From: Myxococcota bacterium
GTDB lineage: Bacteria; Myxococcota_A; UBA9160; UBA4427
Reading direction: 5' to 3'
Length of the DNA: 64,000 nucleotides
Assembly (NCBI GenBank): GCA_965250285.1
Contig: OZ252299.1
Coordinates: forward strand, 3,520,001 to 3,584,000
In this document: positions 29,984-39,191 of the stretch, one piece after another
Layout of the letters: the number at the start of each line of letters is the position of its first letter
How positions within the stretch are numbered: position 1 is the first letter of the stretch
Notes under the pieces: generated by a model
Database searches by the model: none
Told to the model about the DNA's origin: nothing
Seen by the model: only the letters and a program-made list of their open reading frames with translations
Position numbers and translations under genes: made by a program

Positions 29984-30821
29984 GGAAGCCGGCGCCGCTT
30001 CGGTGACGGCCACGACCGAGGCCTACTACGACAGCGACGAGGCAGATTCGTTCTACGCCGAGATCTGGGGTGGCGAAGACATCCACATCGGCGTCTACCA
30101 GGGGCCTGACGAGGACGTCGCCACGGCGAGCGCGCGCACGGTCGAGACCGTGGCGAGCCACGTCGACTTCTTGAAGCCAGAGCATCGCGTGCTCGACCTC
30201 GGCGCGGGCTACGGCGGCGCCGGGCGATACCTGGCGACGAGATTCGGCTGCCAGGTCGACTGCCTGAACCTCAGCGACGTTCAGAACGAGCGCAACCGTG
30301 CCCTCACCGAGAAGGCTGGGCTGTCCGACCGCGTGCACGTGGTGCACGCGAACTTCGAATCGATCCCCGGATCCGATGCTCGATACGACGTCGTGTGGTC
30401 GCAGGACGCGATCCTCCACAGCGGCGCACGCGAGCGGGTGCTCGCCGAAGTCGCACGCGTTCTGAAGCCCGGCGGACACCTCGTCTTCACGGACCCGATG
30501 CAGACGGACGACTGCCCGCCCGACGTGCTCCAGCCCGTGCTCGACCGCATCCACCTCGACTCCCTCGGTTCACCTGGCTTCTACCGCAAGAACCTGGGCA
30601 GCCTCGGCTTCGAAGAAGTTGCGTTCGCCGAGATGACGAACCAGCTGCGCAACCACTACGACCGCGTTCGACAGGTGCTCGGAGCCCGCCGCGAAGAAAT
30701 GACCCGGCGCTGCGGCGCCGACTACGTGACGCGGATGCTCGAGGGATTGGGGCACTGGGTGAACGGAGCCGATCGGGGCCATCTCACCTGGGGGATCTTC
30801 CACTTTCGGAAGACGGGCTGA
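29976..30821 (+). CDS. sdmt: Sarcosine/dimethylglycine N-methyltransferase
   Basis: YYDSDEADSFYAEIWGGEDIHIG, LDLGAGYGG, WSQDAILHSG, FTDPMQ; overlaps gsmt by 8 nt. Confidence 0.92.
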   Translation: MPEEAGAASVTATTEAYYDSDEADSFYAEIWGGEDIHIGVYQGPDEDVATASARTVETVASHVDFLKPEHRVLDLGAGYGGAGRYLATRFGCQVDCLNLSDVQNERNRALTEKAGLSDRVHVVHANFESIPGSDARYDVVWSQDAILHSGARERVLAEVARVLKPGGHLVFTDPMQTDDCPPDVLQPVLDRIHLDSLGSPGFYRKNLGSLGFEEVAFAEMTNQLRNHYDRVRQVLGARREEMTRRCGADYVTRMLEGLGHWVNGADRGHLTWGIFHFRKTG

Positions 30822-30829
30822 GCGCCAGC

Positions 30830-32326
30830 GTGAAAGCAGACTGGTCGCGCATCGAGCCGGCGGTCTTCCTCTCGTCGGCCGGGGTCGTGCTGGCCCTACT
30901 CGCGTTCGGCGTCGCCGACCCGGCGGGAGCGAAGGATCTCTTCCTCGGGATCCAGGACTGGATCGTCGGCACCTGGGGCTGGCTCTTCGTCGGCTCGACC
31001 GCGTTCTTTCTGCTCTTTTCGGTCTGGTGTGCGCTCGGCAAGCGGGGCGCGATCCGGCTCGGTCCAGAAGACGAGCGCCCCACGTTCGGCCTGCCCTCGT
31101 GGTTCGCCATGCTCTTCAGCGCCGGGATGGGCATCGGCATCATGTTCTTCGGCGTCGCCGAGCCGGTGACGCACTTCGCGAACCCGCCGGTCGGGCCCGC
31201 CGGCACGCCCGAAGCCGCGCGCCAGGCGATGACGATCACGTTCTTCCACTGGGGCCTGCACGCCTGGGGCGTGTACGCCGTCATGGGTCTCGCGATCGCC
31301 TACTTCGGCCACCGCCAGGGCCTCCCCCTCGCGATCCGCTCGACCCTCCACCCACTCTTCGGCGACCGGATCCATGGATGGCTCGGTCACGGTGTCGACG
31401 TGTTCGCCGTCTTCGGCACGCTCTTCGGCCTCGCGACCTCGCTCGGCCTCGGCGCCATGCAGATCAACGCCGGTCTGGCCCGGCTCTTCGATGCTCCGGT
31501 GTCGTCCAGGGTGCAGGTGGGGGTGATCGCTGTGATCACGGCGGCTGCGACGACGTCGCTCGTCCTCGGCCTCGACCGCGGGATCAGGCGGCTTTCCGAG
31601 CTCAACGTCGCGCTCGCAACGCTGCTTCTGCTCTTCGTCGCGTTTGCCGGGCCGACATGGGCCTTGGCCCAAGCCTTCCCCACTCTCCTCTTCGACTACG
31701 TCGCAGCGCTCGTTCCAATGGGCAGCGGGGTTCAGGCGATCGGCTCGCCCGATTGGCAGAAGGGATGGACCCTCTTCTACTGGGCCTGGTGGATCGCCTG
31801 GTCGCCCTTCGTCGGAATGTTCATCGCCCGCATCTCGCGCGGCCGCACCATCCGCGAGTTCGTTCTCGGCGTCTTGGTCGTGCCGACGCTGATCAGCTGC
31901 CTCTGGTTCACCGTCTTCGGCTGGTCGGCGATCACCCTCGACACCCAGAGCCCTGGGCTCGTCGCGGCCGTCGAGGGCAACAATGCGATCGGGATCTACG
32001 CCCTGCTCGAGCGACTACCGGCCGCCGAGTGGACCTCGCTTCTCGCCGCCTTCGTCGTGGCGATCTTCTTCGTCACGAGCTCAGACTCGGGCTCGTTCGT
32101 GGTCGACATGCTGACCTCTGGCGGCGATCCGGACCCTCCCATCTGGCAGCGCGTCTTCTGGGCCGTGAGCGAAGGGGTCGTGGCGGCGGTTCTGCTCCTG
32201 GCCGGCGGGTTGGCCGCACTTCAATCGGCCGCGATCAATACGGGGCTCCCGTTCTGCCTGATCCTGCTGGCGGTCTGCGCCGGACTCGGGCGAGCGCTCT
32301 GGCGCGAAGGCGCGCCAGGTCGATAG
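30830..32326 (+). CDS. BCCT family (betaine/choline/carnitine) transporter
   Basis: SWFAMLFSAGMGIG, FFHWGLHAW, WTLFYWAWWIAWSPFVGMFIARISRGRTIREF, FFVTSSDSG. Confidence 0.95.
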   Translation: MKADWSRIEPAVFLSSAGVVLALLAFGVADPAGAKDLFLGIQDWIVGTWGWLFVGSTAFFLLFSVWCALGKRGAIRLGPEDERPTFGLPSWFAMLFSAGMGIGIMFFGVAEPVTHFANPPVGPAGTPEAARQAMTITFFHWGLHAWGVYAVMGLAIAYFGHRQGLPLAIRSTLHPLFGDRIHGWLGHGVDVFAVFGTLFGLATSLGLGAMQINAGLARLFDAPVSSRVQVGVIAVITAAATTSLVLGLDRGIRRLSELNVALATLLLLFVAFAGPTWALAQAFPTLLFDYVAALVPMGSGVQAIGSPDWQKGWTLFYWAWWIAWSPFVGMFIARISRGRTIREFVLGVLVVPTLISCLWFTVFGWSAITLDTQSPGLVAAVEGNNAIGIYALLERLPAAEWTSLLAAFVVAIFFVTSSDSGSFVVDMLTSGGDPDPPIWQRVFWAVSEGVVAAVLLLAGGLAALQSAAINTGLPFCLILLAVCAGLGRALWREGAPGR

Positions 32327-32367
32327 GCCTCTCGACCGCAGCAAGCGTGCGCCGTATTCGCATCGCT

Positions 32368-33633
32368 TCAGCTCCGGGCTGGAGGGCGCAGGCGTGTGAT
32401 CACGATGAGCGAGAGGAGCGTCGTGGTGGCCGCGTAGATTGCGGGGGCGTAGTCACTCGCTGTCCGTTCGACCAGGTAGGTCGCGACCAGCGGCGTCGTA
32501 CCGCCGAAGACGGCCATGACGAGGTTGTAGCCGATCGAGACTGCGCTGCAGCGGACCACCTTGGGAACCTGATCGGCGAGCACCAGAACACAGAGTCCAT
32601 AGTACGGGGCCAGGCCGAGCGTCAGCCCCAGTTGACCCACGAACACCCGCACCACATCCGTCTGGTGCATGAGCCACCAGCATGGGAACGCGATCAGCAG
32701 GGTGTAGACGCCGCCGACCCACAGCACTGGGCGATACCCGATCGCGTCGGCAACCCGAGCGGCGACCATCATCGCGACGACCAGCACAGCGAGGTTGATC
32801 GTCGACACGTCGAGGGCGGTCGCCGACGAGAAGTGCATCTCGTCGACGAGAAACGAGGCGCCGTACACGAAGAGCAGGAAGTACCAGATCGCGCACGGCA
32901 GCAGCAGCCCGACCATCGAGAGCATGTCGCGCTTGTGCGAGCGAAGGGCCACGAAGACGGGGGAGACGCGCTTCTCGCGCGAATCGATGTCGAGCGTCTC
33001 GGGCATCGTCACGCGTAGGGCGATCGACGCCAGGGCCACGACGCCGCCCAGAAGGAACGGGATGCGCCAGCCCCAGGCGATCAGCTGGTCGTTGCTCAGG
33101 GCGCTCGTGACGGCAGCCGGAACGCCTGAGCCAACGACACAACCCGCGATCATCGCGCACGGCACCCACGCGGCCAGACTGCAGCGACGACCTTGCGGGG
33201 CCGATTCGACGATCAGGATGCCCGAAGAGGTGAACTCTCCGGCCACCGAGACCCCCTGAACGACACGCAGCAGGATCAACAGCACGGCGGCCCAAGCGCC
33301 CAGGGTGTCGTAGGTCGGCAAGAGACCAATCAAGACCGAGCAGGCGCCCATGATTGCGATCGACACGATGAGGGCGGGCCGCCTTCCGATGACGTCGCCG
33401 ATGTGGCCGAAGATCAGACTGCCGATCGGGCGGGACAGGTACCCGACCGCGAGAACGGCGAACGAACTCAATAGGGACGTCGTCTCGTCGTTGGACGGAA
33501 AGAACAGGCGGCCGATGATCGGCGCCAGGAAGCCATAGGCCGTGAAGTCGTACCACTCGAGGACGTTGCCGCTGCTCGCCGCGAGGATCGTCCGCTTGGT
33601 CAATCTCGGAGCTCGTTGCGCATCGTCGGCCAT
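32368..33633 (-). CDS. MFS transporter, MHS family (ProP-like)
   Basis: GNVLEWYDF, SRPIGSLIFGHIGDVIGRR, LRVVQGVSVAGE, WGWRIPFLLG, VFGGTTP. Confidence 0.9.
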   Translation of the reverse strand: MADDAQRAPRLTKRTILAASSGNVLEWYDFTAYGFLAPIIGRLFFPSNDETTSLLSSFAVLAVGYLSRPIGSLIFGHIGDVIGRRPALIVSIAIMGACSVLIGLLPTYDTLGAWAAVLLILLRVVQGVSVAGEFTSSGILIVESAPQGRRCSLAAWVPCAMIAGCVVGSGVPAAVTSALSNDQLIAWGWRIPFLLGGVVALASIALRVTMPETLDIDSREKRVSPVFVALRSHKRDMLSMVGLLLPCAIWYFLLFVYGASFLVDEMHFSSATALDVSTINLAVLVVAMMVAARVADAIGYRPVLWVGGVYTLLIAFPCWWLMHQTDVVRVFVGQLGLTLGLAPYYGLCVLVLADQVPKVVRCSAVSIGYNLVMAVFGGTTPLVATYLVERTASDYAPAIYAATTTLLSLIVITRLRPPARS

Positions 33634-34033
33634 TGCGAGCTCCCAACCGTTCTCGGGTCAATCCGCGTGGGTCCGTCCGAAGTTCTTTGCGGGAGGAACG
33701 GACAAGGGAGGGAAGCCCGGATTCCGACATGCGACAAGGCCGTATGCGGCCGGTGCGCGTCGCGTCTCGCTCGGCGCCGAGGACGGCCGCCGCCCAGCCG
33801 TGATGGGCTTCTGACCGGCCTGCATTCCTCAGAGCAGTGTCTCGTAGAGAACGGCCCCATAGCGCCCGGGCTCTGGAAGCACGCGGGCACGAACGGGTCA
33901 TCCCCTGTTTCGGAGTCGGATCGAGCCGCTTCGCCCGAATAGAGCCGGACTCTACGCCGTCCCACTCCCCTGTGTGCCGCGATCTGCAGGGCCACCGCCG
34001 CAACTCCCCGTTACTTCTTGCGTCTGGATCGGT

Positions 34034-34078
34034 CTTCGAACCTGAGGGTCGGGGGTTCGAATCCATCCCGGCGTGCCA
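34034..34078 (+). repeat. Duplicated tRNA-Arg 3' end (putative attR)
   Basis: CTTCGAACCTGAGGGTCGGGGGTTCGAATCCATCCCGGCGTGCCA, 44/45 identical to 28109-28153; 5' half of the tRNA absent. Confidence 0.92.
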
Positions 34079-34494
34079 GGCTTTTGCGCACTTGCGCCCT
34101 TCGTACAGCAGCACCCGGCCCGGTCTCGGCCCGGTGACTCCTTTCGGTGTCGGGTTGGTCATCTCGAGGCAATCGATTCCCTGCTACCAATCGACTCGGC
34201 GCCCGGCCCGAGCCCGGTAGAAAGCCGAGCAACCAGCTTCGCGATGGGTCACGCCGAGGGGTAAGCGCGAGGTCGCATGTAGGTCCGCGAGTTCACACGA
34301 GCGAAGGAAGGGAGCAGCTTGCCTGGCTCATTCCTATTGAGCTTGGGGCGCGGCAGAGAGTGCCTCGTGCAACACGGATAGATGCGTGACGTATCGTACA
34401 CGGCGGCTGCGCATCGTGCCTTCCTGCGCGCACTGCACAGGTTCATGACGCCCATCGAGTCTCAAGGTCGATCGCCTAGCTCTCGATCAGGTGC

Positions 34495-34920
34495 ATGGAC
34501 CCGAGGAGAACCCAATTGAGGCTGATCGTTCCTCTGCTTGTTCTCTTCCACGCCTGGTCTGCTCATGGTGATGAGCGGTCTTTCAGACTGTCGATGACCG
34601 CCTGCACCACGATCGTCGGTCACCTGTCGAACCCAGAAAAGGGTTTGGAGATTCGGGAGGAAACACCTGTGAGCTGGCGCTGTAGCAGGGATGAGAGTTG
34701 GGCGACGTGTTCAGCAGACGGTAGATCGTCGGACGATTCTCGCACGATTCGCTTCGCTGTCACCGTCGATGCGCCGATGCGGCTGCGGTTGCTTAGTGTG
34801 AACCGTGCCAGCACCGTGACGGTACGACCCGATATCGGGTCGGTGGCGATGGTGACCCAAATACTTGGTGCAGACTACTCTGGCTCGACCGTCTGCGTCG
34901 GGTCATACGAAGACATCTAG
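34495..34920 (+). CDS. Small hypothetical secreted protein
   Basis: Signal peptide ending SAHG, four Cys; codon usage less GC3-rich than core genes. Confidence 0.55.
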   Translation: MDPRRTQLRLIVPLLVLFHAWSAHGDERSFRLSMTACTTIVGHLSNPEKGLEIREETPVSWRCSRDESWATCSADGRSSDDSRTIRFAVTVDAPMRLRLLSVNRASTVTVRPDIGSVAMVTQILGADYSGSTVCVGSYEDI

Positions 34921-35107
34921 GGCGTGCGCGAGCAGCCCATTGCGGAGCCTGAACACATCAGGGTCCCGGCTTGACACAGCGTGGAGTGATCGGGCCTCGA
35001 GCCTAAAGCGGGGCTTGAAGCGCCTCACGGCGCCATGCGGGCACCTGGCCATGCCTTGGGGAGACCCCTGGGCGGCGATGGCCGCAGCGGCACTTGCTCG
35101 CCGACGA

Positions 35108-36466
35108 CTAGCCATCGAGCGCGGCGATGGCTTCCTTCGCGGCCCGTTCCCCCGACTCGATCGCGCCCTCGATGTATCCGGTCCATTCGGTTGCGGTCTC
35201 GGTGCCGGCCCAGTGGAGCGGCCCGACGGGGTCACGTAGACATTCGCCGAACTGCGTCAGGGTACCGGGTGGAGCGTAGGCGCCATAGCAACCCCGAGAC
35301 CATCGCTCCCGCGTCCAGTCGTTCTCGACGTAGTCCACCATCCGACAATCGGGCTTCCCCAGAAAGCGCTCGATCGTTTCGAGTACGCAACTCTCTCGGG
35401 CCTTCTCGCTCTTTGCGCTCCATTCGATGGCTGCGTTCCCGTCGAAGAAGCCGGAGATGATTCCAAGCCCTTGGCCAGGCGGCGATACGTCGAAAGCAGG
35501 AGAAAAGGGAGCCTCGTCGCTGAACAGCATTCCGTTGAGGCCCGCTTCTCGCCAATAGGGTCGTTCGAAGGCGACCCACACCTTGATCACCGAGCCCATG
35601 CTCATGCGAGAATGCAAAGCCGAGTGGCGCTGCGGCAGCAAGGGCTCAAAGTCGATGCGCTCCGTCAAGGCGGGCGGGAGCGCGACGATCGCCCTGTTCG
35701 CACGATACGCTCGTCTCGGCGTCGTCACGACTACCTCGTCGTCTCGCACGAGCTCGACTGTGTGGACCGGCTCGCTCAAGCGAAGCGAGTCGCCGAGTTC
35801 CGCGGCGAGGCGCGTCGCGACCGAGTGCACGCTTCCGTCGAACAGGAAGTTCTGCGCGCCGCCTTCGGCAGCCGAAACGAGAATGGCGATTCCACCCGCC
35901 GCCTTGCAGTAGTGGACCAGCCATAGGAGCGACATCTCCTGGGGCTCAGCGCAGAAAACGCCGGCAACCAGGGCGGTGAACGTCGCGCGAACACGGGGAT
36001 TCTCCGCCTGCTCGTTCAACCATGTTGCGACGGTCTTCTGGTCGAGCTCGCGAGCGAAATCACCGGCCCACGGCGCAGCGGGATCAACCTTCTCCGACAT
36101 CGCGTAGATTTCGCTGAAGAGTCGGCCGAACTCGGCCAGCTCCTCGGGCTCCAGTGCATTGTCGAGTCCCTCGCCGGGCGAGCGGCTCATGACGCCGTCC
36201 ACTTCCCAGACGGACTCGCCCTCCAGCGGGTTCTTGTAGGTCGAGACCCCGAGTCGGTCGGCAAGCGCTGCGAGACGAGTTTGCGTCGGACCCAGCCACA
36301 TTCCGCCGAGGTCGATGGGGATCCCCGCCACCGTTCCGGGCTTGGTTCGACCGCCCACTCGATCACGCGCCTCGAGCACGCACACCGTCTTGCCGGCCTC
36401 CTGGAGCTTCTTGGCAGCCGTCAGGCCAGCAAAGCCCGCTCCGATCACGATGACATCCTGGTCCAC
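35108..36466 (-). CDS. Flavin monoamine oxidase family (amine/putrescine oxidase-like)
   Basis: VIGAGFAGL, LEARDRVGGRT, DLGGMW, HWAGTETATEWTGYIEGAIESGERAA. Confidence 0.92.
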   Translation of the reverse strand: MDQDVIVIGAGFAGLTAAKKLQEAGKTVCVLEARDRVGGRTKPGTVAGIPIDLGGMWLGPTQTRLAALADRLGVSTYKNPLEGESVWEVDGVMSRSPGEGLDNALEPEELAEFGRLFSEIYAMSEKVDPAAPWAGDFARELDQKTVATWLNEQAENPRVRATFTALVAGVFCAEPQEMSLLWLVHYCKAAGGIAILVSAAEGGAQNFLFDGSVHSVATRLAAELGDSLRLSEPVHTVELVRDDEVVVTTPRRAYRANRAIVALPPALTERIDFEPLLPQRHSALHSRMSMGSVIKVWVAFERPYWREAGLNGMLFSDEAPFSPAFDVSPPGQGLGIISGFFDGNAAIEWSAKSEKARESCVLETIERFLGKPDCRMVDYVENDWTRERWSRGCYGAYAPPGTLTQFGECLRDPVGPLHWAGTETATEWTGYIEGAIESGERAAKEAIAALDG

Positions 36467-36531
36467 GACGAGCCCCTCTCCTGTATCCGCACCGCGACCT
36501 GAGGATCGGCACGATCGCGTTGCTTGTTCCC

Positions 36532-36555
36532 AAATGGGAGCATATACTTCCTTTT
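36532..36555. promoter_or_regulatory. Candidate TetR operator between divergent amine oxidase and TetR
   Basis: Imperfect palindrome AAATGGGAG-CATATA-CTTCCTTTT in an AT-rich patch. Confidence 0.5.
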
Positions 36556-36586
36556 AGCGAGTCGCCAGACTCCAGGGAGCGATGCC

Positions 36587-37240
36587 TTGTCGAGATCGTC
36601 AATTCAGCTGCGTCGTGTTCCGCGCCAGGCGCGATCGCGGGAGACTTTCGAACGCATCCTTCGAGCGGCCGTCGAGGTCCTCGAAGAGGAGGGGTGGGAT
36701 GGGTTCACAACCAACCTCCTGGCGGAGCGGGCTGACATCGCGATTCAGGCGCTCTACCGGTACTTCCCCAACAAGCTCGTCGTGGTCGCCACGCTCGCGG
36801 AGCGAATGACCATTGAGTGGGACGGTTGGTTCGAAGACTTTGCCGACGCGATCGACGCGGGGGGCATCTGGAGCGAAGTCTGGGCCGATTACATCGACGT
36901 CTTTCTCGAGGGCGTGCGCGACATGCCGGGCGCCCTCGCTGTCCGCCGCGCGATGGCAGCGAACCCCGAACTTCGAGAGATCGACCAGAAAGACAATGAG
37001 CGTCTCGCGAGAGGTCTTGGTGGATCGCTGCGGCGATGCGACCCAAGCCTGTCTGCCCAGGAAAGCTACGCGACTGCGCGAATGTTGATCGAGACCGCAA
37101 CCGCAACGATCGATTCGGCGCTGGTCTCTCCGCCTGCGACGGCGCGAAGAATGATCACCGAATTGAAGTCGATGCACATCGCGTACTTGCGAGAGCGCGT
37201 GAAGTTCGGCGGGCCTACTCGAACACGGCAGCGTCGATAG
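36587..37240 (+). CDS. TetR/AcrR family regulator
   Basis: RRVPRQARSRET..IL.AA, FTTNLLAERA, LYRYFPNK; TTG start after AGGGAG. Confidence 0.88.
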   Translation: MSRSSIQLRRVPRQARSRETFERILRAAVEVLEEEGWDGFTTNLLAERADIAIQALYRYFPNKLVVVATLAERMTIEWDGWFEDFADAIDAGGIWSEVWADYIDVFLEGVRDMPGALAVRRAMAANPELREIDQKDNERLARGLGGSLRRCDPSLSAQESYATARMLIETATATIDSALVSPPATARRMITELKSMHIAYLRERVKFGGPTRTRQRR

Positions 37241-37250
37241 GAGAGACCGC

Positions 37251-38384
37251 GTGACAGAAGCACGGCGATCCATGGGAGCGACGAAGCGAACTGGCTTCGT
37301 TTGGCACGAGCGGATGATGTGGCATGACCTGGGCGCCGCTACGGGACCGGTGGCAACCCGTGGAATCTACCAACCCGGCGTCCACGTCGAGAACCCTGAG
37401 ACCAAACGCCGCCTGAAGAACCTTCTCGACGGCTACGATGTGACGCCCTCGCTCGAGCTCATCCATCCTCGACAAGCGACCGAGGAAGAGATTCTCTCCG
37501 TGCACGCCGAGGGATACCTCGAACGGGTGAGACAGCTGAGCGCGGGGCAAGGCGGAGACGCGGGCGAGTTCGCGCTCCTGGGCCCTGGCAGCTACGAGAT
37601 TGCGTTGCTCGCCGCCGGGGCCGCGATCTCTGGAGCGGAGGCGATCGCGACGGGTGCCGTGACGAACGCCTATGTGCTGTCGCGACCGCCTGGCCACCAC
37701 GCCGAGCCTGATCGCGGACGAGGATTCTGCATCTTCAGCAACATCGGCATCGCCATACGACACCTGCGCGACCGATTCGGTATCGGAAGGGTTGCGGTCG
37801 TCGACTTCGACGTCCACCACGGAAACGGAACCGAGACCATCTTCTATGAGGATGCGCAGACCCTCACGATCTCACTTCACCAGGACGGGCTCTATCCGGT
37901 CGGCCGCGGGGGCCTGGAAGATGCGGGGATGGGCGACGCCGCCGGCAAGAACATCAATGTTCCGCTTCCGCCCGGCTGTGGTGGCGGCGCGTACCTGCAC
38001 GCATTCGACGAGATCGTACGCCCCGCGCTCTCGGCATTCGAGCCCGAGTTCCTGGTGCTTGCGGCCGGATACGACGCAAGCATCTCGGACCCGATGGCGG
38101 CCATGATGCTCACCTCGACGCACTACCGCGCGATTGCAGACCAGATGGTGTCATGGGCTGACGCGCACGCTCGTGGGAAGCTCCTGGTCGTTCATGAAGG
38201 AGGCTACTCGGCGGACTACGTACCGTTCTGCGGCCTTGCCGTGATCGAGTCGATGCGTGGCGCGAAGAGCGGCTGTGTCGACCCACTCGTCGTACTCAAC
38301 GACCATCTGCCCGGGCAAGCGCTACAGCCCCATCAGGCCGCCGCCATCGCCCGAGCTTTGGAGGCGTCGCCTCTCTTGTCGTGA
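37251..38384 (+). CDS. Class II histone deacetylase-like amidohydrolase (HDAH type)
   Basis: ENPETKRRL, RPPGHHA, GFCIFSN, DFDVHHGNGT, AGYDA, HEGGYS. Confidence 0.92.
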   Translation: MTEARRSMGATKRTGFVWHERMMWHDLGAATGPVATRGIYQPGVHVENPETKRRLKNLLDGYDVTPSLELIHPRQATEEEILSVHAEGYLERVRQLSAGQGGDAGEFALLGPGSYEIALLAAGAAISGAEAIATGAVTNAYVLSRPPGHHAEPDRGRGFCIFSNIGIAIRHLRDRFGIGRVAVVDFDVHHGNGTETIFYEDAQTLTISLHQDGLYPVGRGGLEDAGMGDAAGKNINVPLPPGCGGGAYLHAFDEIVRPALSAFEPEFLVLAAGYDASISDPMAAMMLTSTHYRAIADQMVSWADAHARGKLLVVHEGGYSADYVPFCGLAVIESMRGAKSGCVDPLVVLNDHLPGQALQPHQAAAIARALEASPLLS

Positions 38385-38558
38385 CGAAAGAGGTGAGAGC
38401 CGGCTCGGCGCGGAATTGATCGTGCCTTCTGCCTCGTCGGTCTTCGACGGTCCCTTCCGCGCTCGATCTCTTTCGCGTGGCCGCCCTCCCGAGACAGGTT
38501 CGATTCTCACCGAACCGCTCGGGCGCGTCCTCAGCTCCGTCGCAGCCCGTCGCGTCTT

Positions 38559-38700
38559 CTACGCCCGCCGAAGCGCCTGCCAAGCGAAGCCGATCACGAG
38601 AAAGAGCAGCGCGAGAACGAGTCGTGGATCACCCAGCTGAAACCACGGGTCGAGTGGAAACGCGATCGTCTTCTGGATCGCGGCGGCCTTGAACTCGTGG
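38559..38700 (-). pseudogene. 3' fragment of an unidentified membrane protein gene
   Basis: HEFKAAAIQKTIAFPLDPWFQLGDPRLVLALLFLVIGFAWQALRRA* resembles a natural TM-bearing C-terminus with no 5' part. Confidence 0.4.
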
Positions 38701-38708
38701 CGCCCAGC

Positions 38709-39011
38709 ATCTGGCGCAATGGCGCCGCTCGAAGCGTTCGCCGTCGCGCTCACAAGCTCATCCTGAGCGAGCCGCCCGGCGGCCCGAGCCAAGAGTGGCT
38801 CTTCGATCTCGCGGTCGACCCGTACGAGCGATCGAACATCGCGGCCGCCAATCCGACCCTTGCCGCCGATCTGCGCGCGCAGCTGGATGCGCACTACGCC
38901 ACTCTGCCCGAGTCGGCCTGGGCGCCCTACATCCATGCGCCGATCAACGTCGACCGAGATGAGTCTCAGCCCGCGCAGCCTGAAGACGAGTTCGCCTACT
39001 GGTCGAACTGA
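38709..39011 (+). pseudogene. Sulfatase C-terminal fragment
   Basis: IWRNG..RSVR...HKL...WLFDLAVDPYERSNIA...P...FAYWSN; no CxPxR active-site region upstream. Confidence 0.75.
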
Positions 39012-39191
39012 GCGCCGCTCGAACCGCCACGAGGCACGCTCGGTGACCGGTACTTTCCGGACGATCGACGCGACGGGCATTCACGCGAGGTTGCTCGATT
39101 TGGCCTTGGAGTCGCACCGCGTGCGGCTTCGGCTGGCTCCTCGCGTCGTTGTTGTAGGCTCGCGGGCTGCCTCCACACCGATCGGAACCGC

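Larger units (their letters stand above)
28109..34078. mobile_element. tRNA-Arg-integrated genomic island (~5.9 kb), no integrase visible
   Basis: 45-nt direct repeat of the tRNA 3' end at 28109-28153 and 34034-34078 (one mismatch). Confidence 0.8.

Noticed and set aside
34034..34078. A second complete tRNA-Arg
   Set aside because: The acceptor 5' strand, D arm and 5' anticodon stem are missing; it is only a 3' fragment.
38437..38508. Possible third att copy (TCGGTCTTCGA and GGTTCGATTC)
   Set aside because: Short, wrongly spaced matches with no T-stem pairing or CCA; compatible with chance.
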